Shown here piece after piece: positions 17,586-26,980 of a stretch of 64,000 bases of DNA; positions within the stretch are counted from its first letter, which is position 1, and each line of letters begins with the position of its first letter. The stretch spans positions 6,578-70,577 of the forward strand of contig VBFG01000042.1 in NCBI GenBank assembly GCA_005882635.1, given 5' to 3'. The notes below the pieces were generated by a model. That model was not told the origin of the DNA, searched no databases, and saw nothing but the letters and a program-made list of their open reading frames with translations. Source of the stretch: Chloroflexota bacterium (GTDB lineage: Bacteria; Chloroflexota; Limnocylindria; Limnocylindrales; CSP1-4). The translations under genes and the position numbers were made by a program.

Positions 17586-18833
17586 ATGCGGCGGACGATC
17601 GGGCGCAATCTCGCCCTCGATCTCGTCGTGGCGGTCGGCATGGGCGTCACGATGGCGCTGGTCAACGCGATCCTGCCGACCGTCGCCCGTCGCGGCGGCC
17701 TGGCCCCGATCGGGCTGGCGGCCCTCGCTTCGGCGCCGTTCGTCGCCAACTTCCTCGGCGCGTTCGCCGGCCGGCTCGGGCCGCGGAGCACGGTCCAGCT
17801 CACGGTGACGCGTGCCATCGGTGCCGCCTCGCTGCTCGTCCTGTTCCTGGTTCCGCCCGCGCCTGTCGTCGTCGGAGTGGCGATCGTCTTCTGGCTGAGC
17901 CTGTCGTTCGGCGGGCCGTTCCACCTGCGGCTGTGGGGCGCGATGTATCCGGCGCGGCTGCGCGGCCGTGTCGTCGGCGTGATCGGCATGGGCCGGGCGG
18001 CGGCCGGCGCCCTGGCGGCGTTCGGCGGCGGCGTGCTCGCCGACCTCATCGGCGGCGACGAGGCGGTCGCGGTGGCCGGGCTCATCGGCGTCGCCTGCGC
18101 GATCGGCTATGTTGGCCTGCGTGCCGCAGCTGCCGATCAGCCCGCCACGTTCTCGGCCCGCGAGTCGATCCGCGCCCTCCGCGAGCGGCCGTTCCTGGCC
18201 CGCATCGCGCTCGCCCAGGGCTTCTACGGCGGTGGCCTGATCGCCGCGGCGCCGCTGTACGCGTTGGTTCATGTCGACCGGCTGAATCTGACGCTCGCCG
18301 ACGTCGGCGTGATCGGCATCCTCGCCGCCGGCGCGACGACCGTTGCTTTCCCGATCTGGGGCCTCGTGGCCGATCGTTTCGGGTCGCTCGCCTCGCTGCG
18401 AACCGGGAGCGCGATCGGCCTCGTCACCCTCGTCGGCTATGCCATCGCGCCGAACGTCGGCGTGCTTTGGCTCGCGGCCCTGGCGGCCGGCACGGCGAGC
18501 GCGTCGATCGACGTCGGGATCGCGGCCGCCGTCAGCGAGCAGACGCCCCTCGCGACCCGATCGGCGGCGATGGCCGGCTGGAACGCCCTGACCGGGGCGC
18601 GCGGCATCGTGGCGGCGTTCCTGATGAGCGTCCTGATCCAGGTCGGGCTCGTCGACGTGACCGCCGGCTTGCTGGCGTGCGCAGGGACGTCGGCGATCGG
18701 AGTCGCGCTGTTCGCGCGGGCAGGGCGATCGACGGTTCGGTCGGTCGATCGTCCCGCGGTTCCGGGGCCAGCGCCCGCGCCGTCACCGATGCGCCGTCAG
18801 ACCGTGGCGGCCGTTCCCGCGGTCAGGACGTAA
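17586..18833 (+). CDS. MFS transporter
   Basis: 415 aa with about 12 hydrophobic segments, two six-helix halves and a central loop (PATFSARESIRALRERP). Confidence 0.8.
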   Translation: MRRTIGRNLALDLVVAVGMGVTMALVNAILPTVARRGGLAPIGLAALASAPFVANFLGAFAGRLGPRSTVQLTVTRAIGAASLLVLFLVPPAPVVVGVAIVFWLSLSFGGPFHLRLWGAMYPARLRGRVVGVIGMGRAAAGALAAFGGGVLADLIGGDEAVAVAGLIGVACAIGYVGLRAAAADQPATFSARESIRALRERPFLARIALAQGFYGGGLIAAAPLYALVHVDRLNLTLADVGVIGILAAGATTVAFPIWGLVADRFGSLASLRTGSAIGLVTLVGYAIAPNVGVLWLAALAAGTASASIDVGIAAAVSEQTPLATRSAAMAGWNALTGARGIVAAFLMSVLIQVGLVDVTAGLLACAGTSAIGVALFARAGRSTVRSVDRPAVPGPAPAPSPMRRQTVAAVPAVRT

Positions 18834-19570
18834 GCCGGCGTCGTCTCGGTCTTGCCCTTGAGGTCGAGACGGCGCATCTCGATGCCGAGCGTCGCGAGCC
18901 CAGCCATCGCGGCCGCCCGCTCATTGACGAGGATCTCGCCGGCGCCGGCCGCGGAGGCCAGGCGGGCCGTCACGTTGACGATGTCGCCGAGCGCGCTCAT
19001 CGACGTAGCGGGTGGCTCGCCGATCGAACCGACGAAGGCGACGCCGGTCGCGACGCCGGCGCCGACCGGAAGCCAGGGGCCTTCGGGAGTGCCGTGGCCC
19101 GTGGCGCGGAGGATGGCTCTGGCGGCCTCGATCGCGCTCGACGCGTGATGCTCCCCCGCGGTCGCGGGGATGAAGATCCCGATCGCCTCATCGCCGACGA
19201 ACTTGTCGACGATCCCGTCGTTCGCCACGAGCACGCGGGCCGCGATCTCGTAGAACCGGTTCAGCACGCGCCGGAACTCGGTCGCGGTCATGCCTTCTGC
19301 GAGGGCCGTCGAGCCGCGCACGTCCGCGAACAGGAAGCTGGCCTCGATCTCCACGCCACCGTGGAACCGCGACAGCGTCTCGAAGCACAGGCCGCAGTAG
19401 TCGGGGTTCTGGCTCCAGCGACCGCGCCCCTGCAATCGCATCAGGAAGCTGCCCGGTGCCCCGAACGGCGCTGCGCACATCTTGCAGCGGGGCGCGCTGG
19501 GAATGTGCTTCAGACGGGCGCGGGTCCGGGCGTAGATGGGGTTCGTCCCCTCGAGGAGGCCGCGCCACAT
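18797..19570 (-). CDS. class III adenylate/guanylate cyclase with N-terminal Cys-rich (zinc-ribbon-like) segment
   Basis: Cyclase motifs FLFADVRGSTAL, KFVGDEAIGIF and GDIVNVTARL. Cys-rich segment CKMCAAPF...CGLC. Start set at ATG 19570 (MWRGLLEG); GTG 19630 or 19654 are alternatives. The track start 19855 would overlap the upstream LLM gene. Confidence 0.8.
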   Translation of the reverse strand: MWRGLLEGTNPIYARTRARLKHIPSAPRCKMCAAPFGAPGSFLMRLQGRGRWSQNPDYCGLCFETLSRFHGGVEIEASFLFADVRGSTALAEGMTATEFRRVLNRFYEIAARVLVANDGIVDKFVGDEAIGIFIPATAGEHHASSAIEAARAILRATGHGTPEGPWLPVGAGVATGVAFVGSIGEPPATSMSALGDIVNVTARLASAAGAGEILVNERAAAMAGLATLGIEMRRLDLKGKTETTPAYVLTAGTAATV

Positions 19571-19754
19571 CTCCTCGTGGGGGTTCGGGTCGGGTCCGGC
19601 GGACCGACCTGGCTCCGTGGCGGAGTCCACGCGCTGACGCCTCCATGCGGGCACATCCGGCGTGACGGTCGCCGGCCTGCGGAGTGTAGTCCCGGGAGGC
19701 CGATCGGCGGACGGTTCGCGAGGGAGCCGGTTGACGAAGTGCGCTGAGTCGGCG

Positions 19755-20597
19755 CTATGTCCTCCGCTGAGGGCGCGCCGGGCGACCGACCGCCGGCGGT
19801 CCCGCCTCGAGCCGCTTTCGGAGGGAGGCGACGCTGGCTGCCTCCCAGTCCCCATCGATCCACCACGTCGCGCCCGCGTCGGCGTAGGGCTCGACGATCT
19901 CCCGGGCCTTGACCGGGTTGGCCGGGGTCGTGCCCTGGACGATCACGTCATAGGGACGGGTCAGGTCGCCCTCTGCGGATCGGCGGTGATCGACGGCCCC
20001 GACGATCTCGCGGATCGCAGCGACGTCGTCGGTCTGGGTCACGATGCCGTCCCACCGGAGCGCCCGACGCATCGATCGCTCGTTCGGCCACGCGCCGACG
20101 ACCCAGATCGGGATGCGCGGGCGGGCGATAGGGCGCGGTCGGAACCGCATCGCGCCGAAGCGGTAGTGGCGACCCTCGAATGCGAAGGGCTCGCCCGACC
20201 AGAGGCCCTCGAGGATGGCCAATGTCTCGTCGAGTCGTTCGGCCCGCGACCGCGCATCGGTGGGCTCGCCGACGTTGCCGAACCCGAGGTCGTCGAGGGC
20301 GCCGAGCCCGACCGGCAGAACCAGACGACCGTTCGATAGGTGGTCGATCGAGAGCGCCTCGCGGGCCAGCTTCCAGGGGCGGCGGCGAGCCGGTGGAGTG
20401 ATGATCGTGCCGAGCGTCACCCGCTCGGTCGTCATCGCCATCGCCGCCATCACCACCCACGGGTCGAAGGTGTCGACGGCTCCGACGGCGATCCCGTCCC
20501 AGGTGAAGATGCCGTCCCAACCGGATCGCTCCCCGACCGCCGCGAGCTCAGCCGCGTCACGGGGCGACCCGGTCGTGACGATGAACCCGAACTTCAT
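19755..20597 (-). CDS. LLM-class (F420-dependent type) oxidoreductase
   Basis: Track ORF trimmed to ATG 20597 (MKFGFIVTTGSP...). The ATG overlaps the TGA of the upstream proline-racemase-family gene (ATGA). Confidence 0.8.
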   Translation of the reverse strand: MKFGFIVTTGSPRDAAELAAVGERSGWDGIFTWDGIAVGAVDTFDPWVVMAAMAMTTERVTLGTIITPPARRRPWKLAREALSIDHLSNGRLVLPVGLGALDDLGFGNVGEPTDARSRAERLDETLAILEGLWSGEPFAFEGRHYRFGAMRFRPRPIARPRIPIWVVGAWPNERSMRRALRWDGIVTQTDDVAAIREIVGAVDHRRSAEGDLTRPYDVIVQGTTPANPVKAREIVEPYADAGATWWIDGDWEAASVASLRKRLEAGPPAVGRPARPQRRT

Positions 20598-21676
20598 CCC
20601 CAGATGTCGCCGACCTTGAAGCCGTCCGGGAAGGGGTCGGTCGGGTCGACGACGTAGTCGGCGATCCCGGTGATCCACGCCTGGCCCGTGATCTGCGGAA
20701 CCACCGCCGTCCGGCCGCCGGCCGTCGTTTCCTCGAGGAGGCGGCCGGTGAAGACGGTCCCGAGGATCCCTTCGTGCCGAAAGTCCTCGCCGATCGCCAG
20801 GCGGCCGCGTGCGTACAGCGTCGCCATCCGGGCGCAGGTCCCGGTCCCGCACGGCGAGCGGTCGATCGCGCCCGTCCACGTCGCCGGACGGTCCCAGTCC
20901 AGGACACCGGTGGACACCGTCACGACGTTGCGCATCGTGTTGGCCTGATCGTGGGCCGGACCGGACAGCTGGCCGATCGTGATCCCGGCGAAGCCGGGCT
21001 GTTCCGGGTGGACGACCGGCAGCTGGTCTTTAGCGGCTGCCTTGATCATCTCGGTGATCCGGACGATGTCGGCGCCCTCGTCCGGCGTCAATTGGAGTCC
21101 GAAGCGCTCGGCCGACGCGATGACATAGAACATGCCGCCGTAGGCGACGTCGACGGTCACGCTGCCGAGGTGGGGCACCTCGATGACCGCGTCGAGGTGG
21201 GTCGCGAAGGCCGGCACATTGCGGAACGTGACGCCGGTGACCTTCCCGTCACGGCAGTCGGCGCGGACGCGGATCAGGCCGGCCGGCGCCTCGAGCGTCA
21301 GCTCCGTGACCGGCTCGGTCATCGGCAGCAGGCCCGTCTCGAGCAATGCCGTCACGACGCACATCGTGTTCGTGCCGCTCATCCCGGGATATTCGACCTG
21401 CTCCATGATCACGTATCCCGCCGACGCCTCCGGGTTCGACGACGGCAGGACGAGGTTGCAGTTCGACGCGGGGAACCCCCGCGGCTCGCGGAGCATCCGC
21501 AGGCGCAGGTCGTCGCGGTTCGCCCGGAGCCAGGTCATCTTGTCGAACATCGTCGAGCCGGGGAAGTCGGGGACGCCGTCGACGATGACCCGGCCGGGCT
21601 CGCCCGCGGCGTGGAGGTCGACCGCCCGGATGGTCGGCCCGAGGCGAATCGGCGGCTCGACGTGGCTGCTTGTCAC
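20594..21676 (-). CDS. proline racemase / hydroxyproline epimerase-dehydratase family protein (Ser/Cys catalytic pair)
   Basis: 360 aa. Second catalytic motif DRSPCGTGTCA is intact. The first motif reads GMSGTNTM where the family has MCGH, so the first Cys is replaced by Ser. Confidence 0.85.
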   Translation of the reverse strand: MTSSHVEPPIRLGPTIRAVDLHAAGEPGRVIVDGVPDFPGSTMFDKMTWLRANRDDLRLRMLREPRGFPASNCNLVLPSSNPEASAGYVIMEQVEYPGMSGTNTMCVVTALLETGLLPMTEPVTELTLEAPAGLIRVRADCRDGKVTGVTFRNVPAFATHLDAVIEVPHLGSVTVDVAYGGMFYVIASAERFGLQLTPDEGADIVRITEMIKAAAKDQLPVVHPEQPGFAGITIGQLSGPAHDQANTMRNVVTVSTGVLDWDRPATWTGAIDRSPCGTGTCARMATLYARGRLAIGEDFRHEGILGTVFTGRLLEETTAGGRTAVVPQITGQAWITGIADYVVDPTDPFPDGFKVGDIWG

Positions 21677-21704
21677 GAGGTCAGGCTAGCCGCGGCCGCT
21701 CCCT

Positions 21705-22172
21705 TCAGCGACCCCGTTGCGCGTCGGCCAGCTCGCGGGCGACGTCGCGCCGGGCGTCGCGATCGGCGATATCCCGGCGCCGGTCGTGCAGCTGCTTGCC
21801 ACGAGCCAGCCCGAGCTCCAGCTTGGCCCGGCCCTTCGAGGTGAGATAGAGCCGGAGCGGGACGATGGTCTGGCCCTTGGCCTTCGTCCGCCCGAGGAGC
21901 TCGTCGATCTCGGAGCGGTGGAGGAGCAGCTTCCGCGCGCGCTTCGGCTCGTGGTTGTTGCGGTTGCCCTGCTCGAACGGGGCGATGTGGGCGCCGATCA
22001 GCCAGGCCTCGTCCTTCTCGATCCGGGCGTAGGCATCGGCGAGGTTGACCTTGCCGTTGCGGATCGACTTGATCTCGGTCCCGGTCAGGACGATCCCGGC
22101 CTCGAACGTCTCGTCGATCGTGAACTCGTGCCGGGCCCGTCGGTTGACGGCCTTCGTCTGTTCGTCGGCCAC
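21705..22172 (-). CDS. smpB: SsrA-binding protein SmpB
   Basis: 155 aa. NRRARHEFTIDETFEAGIVLTGTEIKS...KLLLHRSEI, with a basic C-terminal tail. GTG start. Confidence 0.95.
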   Translation of the reverse strand: MADEQTKAVNRRARHEFTIDETFEAGIVLTGTEIKSIRNGKVNLADAYARIEKDEAWLIGAHIAPFEQGNRNNHEPKRARKLLLHRSEIDELLGRTKAKGQTIVPLRLYLTSKGRAKLELGLARGKQLHDRRRDIADRDARRDVARELADAQRGR

Positions 22173-22188
22173 AGTGGTGATCCTGCCC

Positions 22189-22237
22189 TATCTGCGATCG
22201 TCGCGCGTGGGCGTCGGGATATCTGCGATCGTCGCGC
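22189..22237. repeat. two perfect 18-bp direct repeats (tatctgcgatcgtcgcgc), 31-bp period, 17-65 nt upstream of smpB
   Basis: Copies at 22189-22206 and 22220-22237. Each extends to 22 nt with one mismatch. Possible operator or promoter element. Confidence 0.8.
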
Positions 22238-22265
22238 ATGGCCGTCCAGGCGCGACAGACGCCGA

Positions 22266-22289
22266 AAGGCCGGCCCGAAGGCCGGCCTT
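22266..22289 (-). terminator. strong GC hairpin (10-bp perfect stem, 4-nt loop), probable intrinsic terminator for the upstream minus-strand transcript
   Basis: AAGGCCGGCC-cgaa-GGCCGGCCTT. On the minus strand it is followed by TTTCGG (short U-tract, as is usual in high-GC genomes). Confidence 0.5.
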
Positions 22290-22616
22290 CCAAAGCTGTC
22301 CACCCACAGGGTGTCCGACTAAACGGCCATCTCCTGCGAGGTGGTGCAGCTACTCGTACTGTCGATCACTGCACATCACCTCCTTTCGTTCCCGATCACC
22401 GTACAGGATGGTCGTGCGGCTCGCAAGCCACGACGCGCGACCCGGCAGCGCCAGGGCTAGCGGCTCGCGCCCGCGCGCGAGGCTCGTTGTGGGCCGGCGC
22501 AGCAGCCGGAGGCGTATGCGACGCCCAGCGCCGCCGTCTGCGCCGTGAGAGCCCGCGCATTCCCGGCAGCCAACACTCCTTGAACGAGGGCGCCGGCGGC
22601 GCGCCCCACCGCTCAC

Positions 22617-24104
22617 TCAGGCCGCGCGCTGCAATGCCGGCACCGGCAACGCCGCCGAGCTCTGGGTCAGCAGCTCGACCGCCTTGTCGAGCGCCGGATC
22701 CACGTTCGGCGCCGGGTTCGTCGGGGTCGCCACCGGCACGTCCGGGACGATCCCGACGTGATGGATCCAGCGCTTGTCGGGCGTCAGCCACTTGGCGATC
22801 GTCAACTTCAGGGCCGACCCATCCTGGAGCTGGATCCATTGCTGGACCGTGCCCTTCCCGAACGACGTCTCGCCGACGACCGTCGCCCGCTTCCGGTCCT
22901 GCAGCGCACCGGCAACGATCTCGCTGGCCGAGGCGCTGCCCTTGTCGACCAGGACGACCACGTGGATGTCGTCGGGCGTCGCGACCCCCGCGCCGGTCGC
23001 CGTGGTCTCGGTCTGGGTGCCGTCGGCGTCTTGCTCCCAGAAGATCGGGCCGCTCGCGATGAACTCGCTCGCGATCTGCCGGGCGGCGGTGACGTAGCCG
23101 CCCGGGTTGCCGCGGAGGTCGAGGACGATCCTGGTCTGGCCGGCCTTCAGATCGGCCTGGAGGGCGTCGTGGAACTTCGTCGCCGAGTTGTCGGAGAAGC
23201 CGGTGACCGCGATGTAGCCGACGGTGCCGCCGCCCAGCGACTTGGTGACGACCTCCTTGCTGACGATGACGTCGCGGGTGACGGTGATCTCGATCGGGGC
23301 GGCCCCGCCGCGCACGATCGACAGGGTCACCTCGGTCCCCTTCTTGCCCCGGATCTTGTCCCGCGCGCCATCGACCGTCAGGCCATCGAGCGACGTCCCG
23401 TCGACGGCGACGATCTCGTCGCCGGCCTTGAGCCCCGCCTTCTCGGCGGGCGAGCCGTCGAGCGGGCTCACGATCGTAAGGATGCAGTCCCGCCCGAGCG
23501 TCGTGCAGTCGGATGTCGCGCCCTTGGCGTCATGGGTGCCGATCTCGGCCCCGATCCCCTCGAACTGACCGGACAGGTCCTGCAGCCCCTCGCGGTATTG
23601 GTCGGGCGTCAGGTAGGCCGAATAGGGATCGCCGAGCGAGTCGACCATGCCCTTGATCGCGCCGCGGACGAGGCTCTGCTGGTCCTCGCCGCCGAGCGCG
23701 TACCGCTTGAGGATCGTGTTGTAGGTGTCCCAGAACGGCTGGAAGCCGTCCTCGGAGGCGACCGGCGTCCCGGGCTGCTCGGCGCTCCTCTGGCCGACCA
23801 GGAAGCCCGAGATGAACAACGCTCCGCCGGCGAGGATCGAGACGACGACCATCGCGATCGCGAGGATCGGCGTGCGGGCGCTGGACGGTCGAGGGAGGAC
23901 GGGCCCCGGCGGCACGTCGAGCGCGGGTGGCGCCACCTCGAGCGCGGGTGGCGCCACCAGCGAGGGCGCATCCACGCGCGCGCCGGTCGCGGGATCAGGT
24001 GACGATGGAGGTCGAGGATCGGCGGTCGACGGATCCGGGTCGCGCGGGAGCATCGATGGTCTGGTCTCCGCTATCGGCTGCGGGCGGGCGGCAAGGGTAC
24101 CCAC
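22617..24104 (-). CDS. S41-family C-terminal processing peptidase (CtpA/Prc-like) with PDZ domain and N-terminal membrane anchor
   Basis: TM helix (ILAIAMVVVSILAGGALFISGFLV), PDZ-like region (PLDGSPAEKAGLKAGDEIVAVDG), S41 core (LDLRGNPGGY, GSASASEIVAGALQD, SFGKGTVQ). The Pro-rich N-terminus makes the exact start uncertain. Confidence 0.85.
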   Translation of the reverse strand: MGTLAARPQPIAETRPSMLPRDPDPSTADPRPPSSPDPATGARVDAPSLVAPPALEVAPPALDVPPGPVLPRPSSARTPILAIAMVVVSILAGGALFISGFLVGQRSAEQPGTPVASEDGFQPFWDTYNTILKRYALGGEDQQSLVRGAIKGMVDSLGDPYSAYLTPDQYREGLQDLSGQFEGIGAEIGTHDAKGATSDCTTLGRDCILTIVSPLDGSPAEKAGLKAGDEIVAVDGTSLDGLTVDGARDKIRGKKGTEVTLSIVRGGAAPIEITVTRDVIVSKEVVTKSLGGGTVGYIAVTGFSDNSATKFHDALQADLKAGQTRIVLDLRGNPGGYVTAARQIASEFIASGPIFWEQDADGTQTETTATGAGVATPDDIHVVVLVDKGSASASEIVAGALQDRKRATVVGETSFGKGTVQQWIQLQDGSALKLTIAKWLTPDKRWIHHVGIVPDVPVATPTNPAPNVDPALDKAVELLTQSSAALPVPALQRAA

Positions 24105-24175
24105 CTGATCGTACGCGCGCCGATTCGGGGCCGGATCGTCCGTATACGGAACTTCATGGAACCGGCGCCGAACGG

Positions 24176-25060
24176 CTATCGGATCAGGTATGTCCGCACC
24201 GACACCCAGGAGCCGAGGATGCCGAGGCCGAGGCCGGCCGCGGTGACGATGAGGATCAGTTGGTTCGCCAGCGAGCCGAAGCTCAGGGGCAGGACCCGGA
24301 AGAAGTCGACCATGAAGCTGGCGATCGGCTCCGACAGGAGGTACAGCCCGGTCAGGGTGATCGCGGCGCCGAACAGCCCGACCATCGCGCCCTCGAACAC
24401 GAACGGCCAGCGGATGAACGCGTCGGACGCGCCGACGAGCCGCATGATCTCGATCTCTTCGGAACGGGCGAACACGGCAAGGCGGATCGTGTTGACGATG
24501 ATGAACAGGACGATCACCCCGATGACGACGAGGATCACGGTTCCGGCCGTGCGGAGGATGTCGGTCACGGTCTTGACGTTCTGAGCCGTGTCCTTGGTGT
24601 CGAGGACGTTCCGGACGGCCGGCTCCTTGCGCAGCGCGTCGGCGACGGTCTTCGAGAAGCCCGGGTCCTTGAGCTTCACCTCCTCGCTCGCGGTCAGCGG
24701 GTTCGTGTCGAGGTACTTGGTCAGGTCCTCACGCCCCTGCGCCTTCATCGACGCCTGGAACCGGGCCAGGGCCTCGTCCTTCGACACGAACGTGACGCCG
24801 GTGACCTCGGGCATCGCCCGGATCCTCGCTTCCAGCCCGGCGATGTCGGCCGGGGTCGCGTCCAGATCGATGTTCGCGACGACCTCGACCTTCTGCTCGG
24901 TGAAGTCGAGGGCCGACAGCAGACCGGTCTGGATGATCCAGAACCCGGCCAGCAGCACGAGCATCAGGACCATCGTGGCAGTGGCGGCGAGGCTCATCAG
25001 CGCATTCCGCCAGAACCCCTGCCAGGCGCGCCGGATGCTGAACGCGACGAAGCCGATCAC
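24176..25060 (-). CDS. ftsX: cell division permease-like protein FtsX
   Basis: 294 aa with four TM segments and a large first extracytoplasmic loop. It follows ftsE by 3 nt. Confidence 0.9.
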   Translation of the reverse strand: MIGFVAFSIRRAWQGFWRNALMSLAATATMVLMLVLLAGFWIIQTGLLSALDFTEQKVEVVANIDLDATPADIAGLEARIRAMPEVTGVTFVSKDEALARFQASMKAQGREDLTKYLDTNPLTASEEVKLKDPGFSKTVADALRKEPAVRNVLDTKDTAQNVKTVTDILRTAGTVILVVIGVIVLFIIVNTIRLAVFARSEEIEIMRLVGASDAFIRWPFVFEGAMVGLFGAAITLTGLYLLSEPIASFMVDFFRVLPLSFGSLANQLILIVTAAGLGLGILGSWVSVRTYLIR

Positions 25061-25063
25061 CCG

Positions 25064-25918
25064 TCAGTCGACCCGGTGGTAGGCGCCGCCGACCTCGTCG
25101 CGGATCACCCGGCCCTCTTCGAGCGCGACGACGCGCTTCCGGAGGGCGGTCACGACGTCGGCGTCGTGGGTCGCCATCATCACGGTCACGCCGAGCTCGT
25201 TGATCCGGAGGAGGAGCTGGATGATCTCCCAGCTGATCAGTGGGTCGAGGTTGCCGGTCGGCTCGTCGGCAATGATCAGGCGGGGGTCGTGGACGAGCGC
25301 CCGAGCGATCGCCGTTCGTTGCTGCTCGCCGCCGGACAGCTGGCTCGGGACCTGCTCGCGCTGCGCCGTCAGGCCGACGAGGGCGAGGACCCGGTCGACG
25401 GCCGGCCGGATCTTGCGGCGCGGCGTGCCGGTCACCTCAAGGGCGAACGCGACGTTCTCCCAGACGCTCTTCGTCGGCAGGAGCTTGAAGTCCTGGAAGA
25501 CGATCCCGATCTTGCGGCGGACCTTCGGGACGGCGCGCCGCGGCAGGCGGGCGAGGTCCTGGCCGTCGAGGACGACCTGGCCGTGGCTCGCCAGCTCGTC
25601 GCGGATGAGGAGCTTGATCAGGGTCGACTTGCCGGCGCCGGACGGGCCGACGAGGAAGACGAAGTCGCCCTCGGGGATCACCAGGTCGACGTCCTGCAGG
25701 GCGGTCTTGCCGTTCGGGTAGGTCTTGGTGACGTCGTGCAGCACGAGGACCGCGCGGTCGGCCTGAGCCTGCTCGCGCCCGCGGCGCAGCAGCCGTTCGC
25801 GCACGGAGCGTGGTGAGGCCGCAGTCGGCGTCGAGGTGATGGTCAAGGATGGCTCCGAGGCTCTGCCGAGGCGAGTGACAGGTCCACCCTCGGTCACACT
25901 GACTCCGTCCAGGGGCAC
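25064..25918 (-). CDS. ftsE: cell division ATP-binding protein FtsE
   Basis: Walker A GPSGAGKST, signature LSGGEQQR, Walker B LIIADEPTGNLD. The conserved core begins near VLHDVTKTYPNG, so in-frame GTGs at 25744 or 25804 are alternative starts to GTG 25918. Confidence 0.88.
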   Translation of the reverse strand: MPLDGVSVTEGGPVTRLGRASEPSLTITSTPTAASPRSVRERLLRRGREQAQADRAVLVLHDVTKTYPNGKTALQDVDLVIPEGDFVFLVGPSGAGKSTLIKLLIRDELASHGQVVLDGQDLARLPRRAVPKVRRKIGIVFQDFKLLPTKSVWENVAFALEVTGTPRRKIRPAVDRVLALVGLTAQREQVPSQLSGGEQQRTAIARALVHDPRLIIADEPTGNLDPLISWEIIQLLLRINELGVTVMMATHDADVVTALRKRVVALEEGRVIRDEVGGAYHRVD

Positions 25919-25987
25919 GACAGGAGGAGCCTCATCGGCCGTGAGGCTATCACCGTGCCTCGGGGCCGGGCAAACGTCCTAAAGGTC

Positions 25988-26980
25988 CTACAGGAGCCCG
26001 GGCGAGATGGGCAGGGCGCGGGTGTAATCGGCGAACGGCCGATCCCAGCACAAGAGGGTCGGGAAGCCATCGATCCGGAAGCCGGCCCGCAGGAGTGGTA
26101 CGACCGCCTCGCCCGCGCTGCCGGGCACCCAGATCCCGAAGGCGCCACGCGGCTCGACGGCGGTGACCAGGTGACCGACGACCGGCCCGAGAAGCTCCGG
26201 CTCGGCGACGACGACGGGACCGACGCGGCCGCTCTCCGAGGTGTAGCCGTAACCCCGTGTCCGACCCGACCGGTCGTGGTACAGGAAGCCGCGCCGGCCT
26301 TCGGCGACGAGGAAGGCGTGGTCGGCGGGCCGCTCGAAGCCGAGGCCGTCGCGATCGAGGGCGCCGAGCTCGCCGGCGAGCGCAGACGAGCCGAGACCGT
26401 CGCCGTCGGCGCCGATTTCGTCGAACGTCGAGACCTCGATGTCCGACGGGAGGCCGGCGAACGCGTCCGGCCGCTCCACGCGCCCGACGAGCCGCAGGAG
26501 GGGGACCCTCGGCACCATCCCGAGCGAGCCGTAGAGCCCGTTCGAGATCGGCTGGACGCTGTCGGTCGCGGTCGCTCGGGACCCCGTCCCGTCGTCCGGC
26601 TTGGGCATCACCGCGCCGAGGAGCCGGCGGCCCAGCCCCCGGCCCTGGGCGCGTGGCAGGACGAACAGCATCGACAGGAACCACAGGCGATCGCGGGCGA
26701 CCGCCGAGATGAAGGCGTCGATGGTGCGCGCGCCGTCCGATCCGAGCCGTTCGGCCACGACGAACCGCTCGGGGTCCGTCGACTGCAGGTGGCCGTACAG
26801 CCGCAGGATCGGGCCCAGGTCGTCGGGGATCTCCGGCTGGGCGAGGCGGAGGAGGTAGTCGTTCAGGGCGTCGCGCCAGATCGCGGCGCAGGCCGGGAGG
26901 TCCTGGGCCGTCGCCGGGCGGAGGACGTGGTCGCCCGCGGCGGTGCCGTCGCCCGGCTCGATCCGCGTCGCGGTCGTCAT
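25988..26980 (-). CDS. GNAT-family N-acetyltransferase (two-domain, 330 aa)
   Basis: Acetyl-CoA pocket motif LPRAQGRGLGRRLL. The ATG overlaps the prfB TGA (ATGA). Confidence 0.7.
   Translation of the reverse strand: MTTATRIEPGDGTAAGDHVLRPATAQDLPACAAIWRDALNDYLLRLAQPEIPDDLGPILRLYGHLQSTDPERFVVAERLGSDGARTIDAFISAVARDRLWFLSMLFVLPRAQGRGLGRRLLGAVMPKPDDGTGSRATATDSVQPISNGLYGSLGMVPRVPLLRLVGRVERPDAFAGLPSDIEVSTFDEIGADGDGLGSSALAGELGALDRDGLGFERPADHAFLVAEGRRGFLYHDRSGRTRGYGYTSESGRVGPVVVAEPELLGPVVGHLVTAVEPRGAFGIWVPGSAGEAVVPLLRAGFRIDGFPTLLCWDRPFADYTRALPISPGLL

Noticed and set aside
22368-22392. Plus-strand ATCACCTCCTTTC resembling the 3' end of 16S rRNA.
   Set aside because: No other rRNA sequence surrounds it. 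It is simply the complement of a perfect Shine-Dalgarno on the minus strand (discussed under the 22173-22616 finding).
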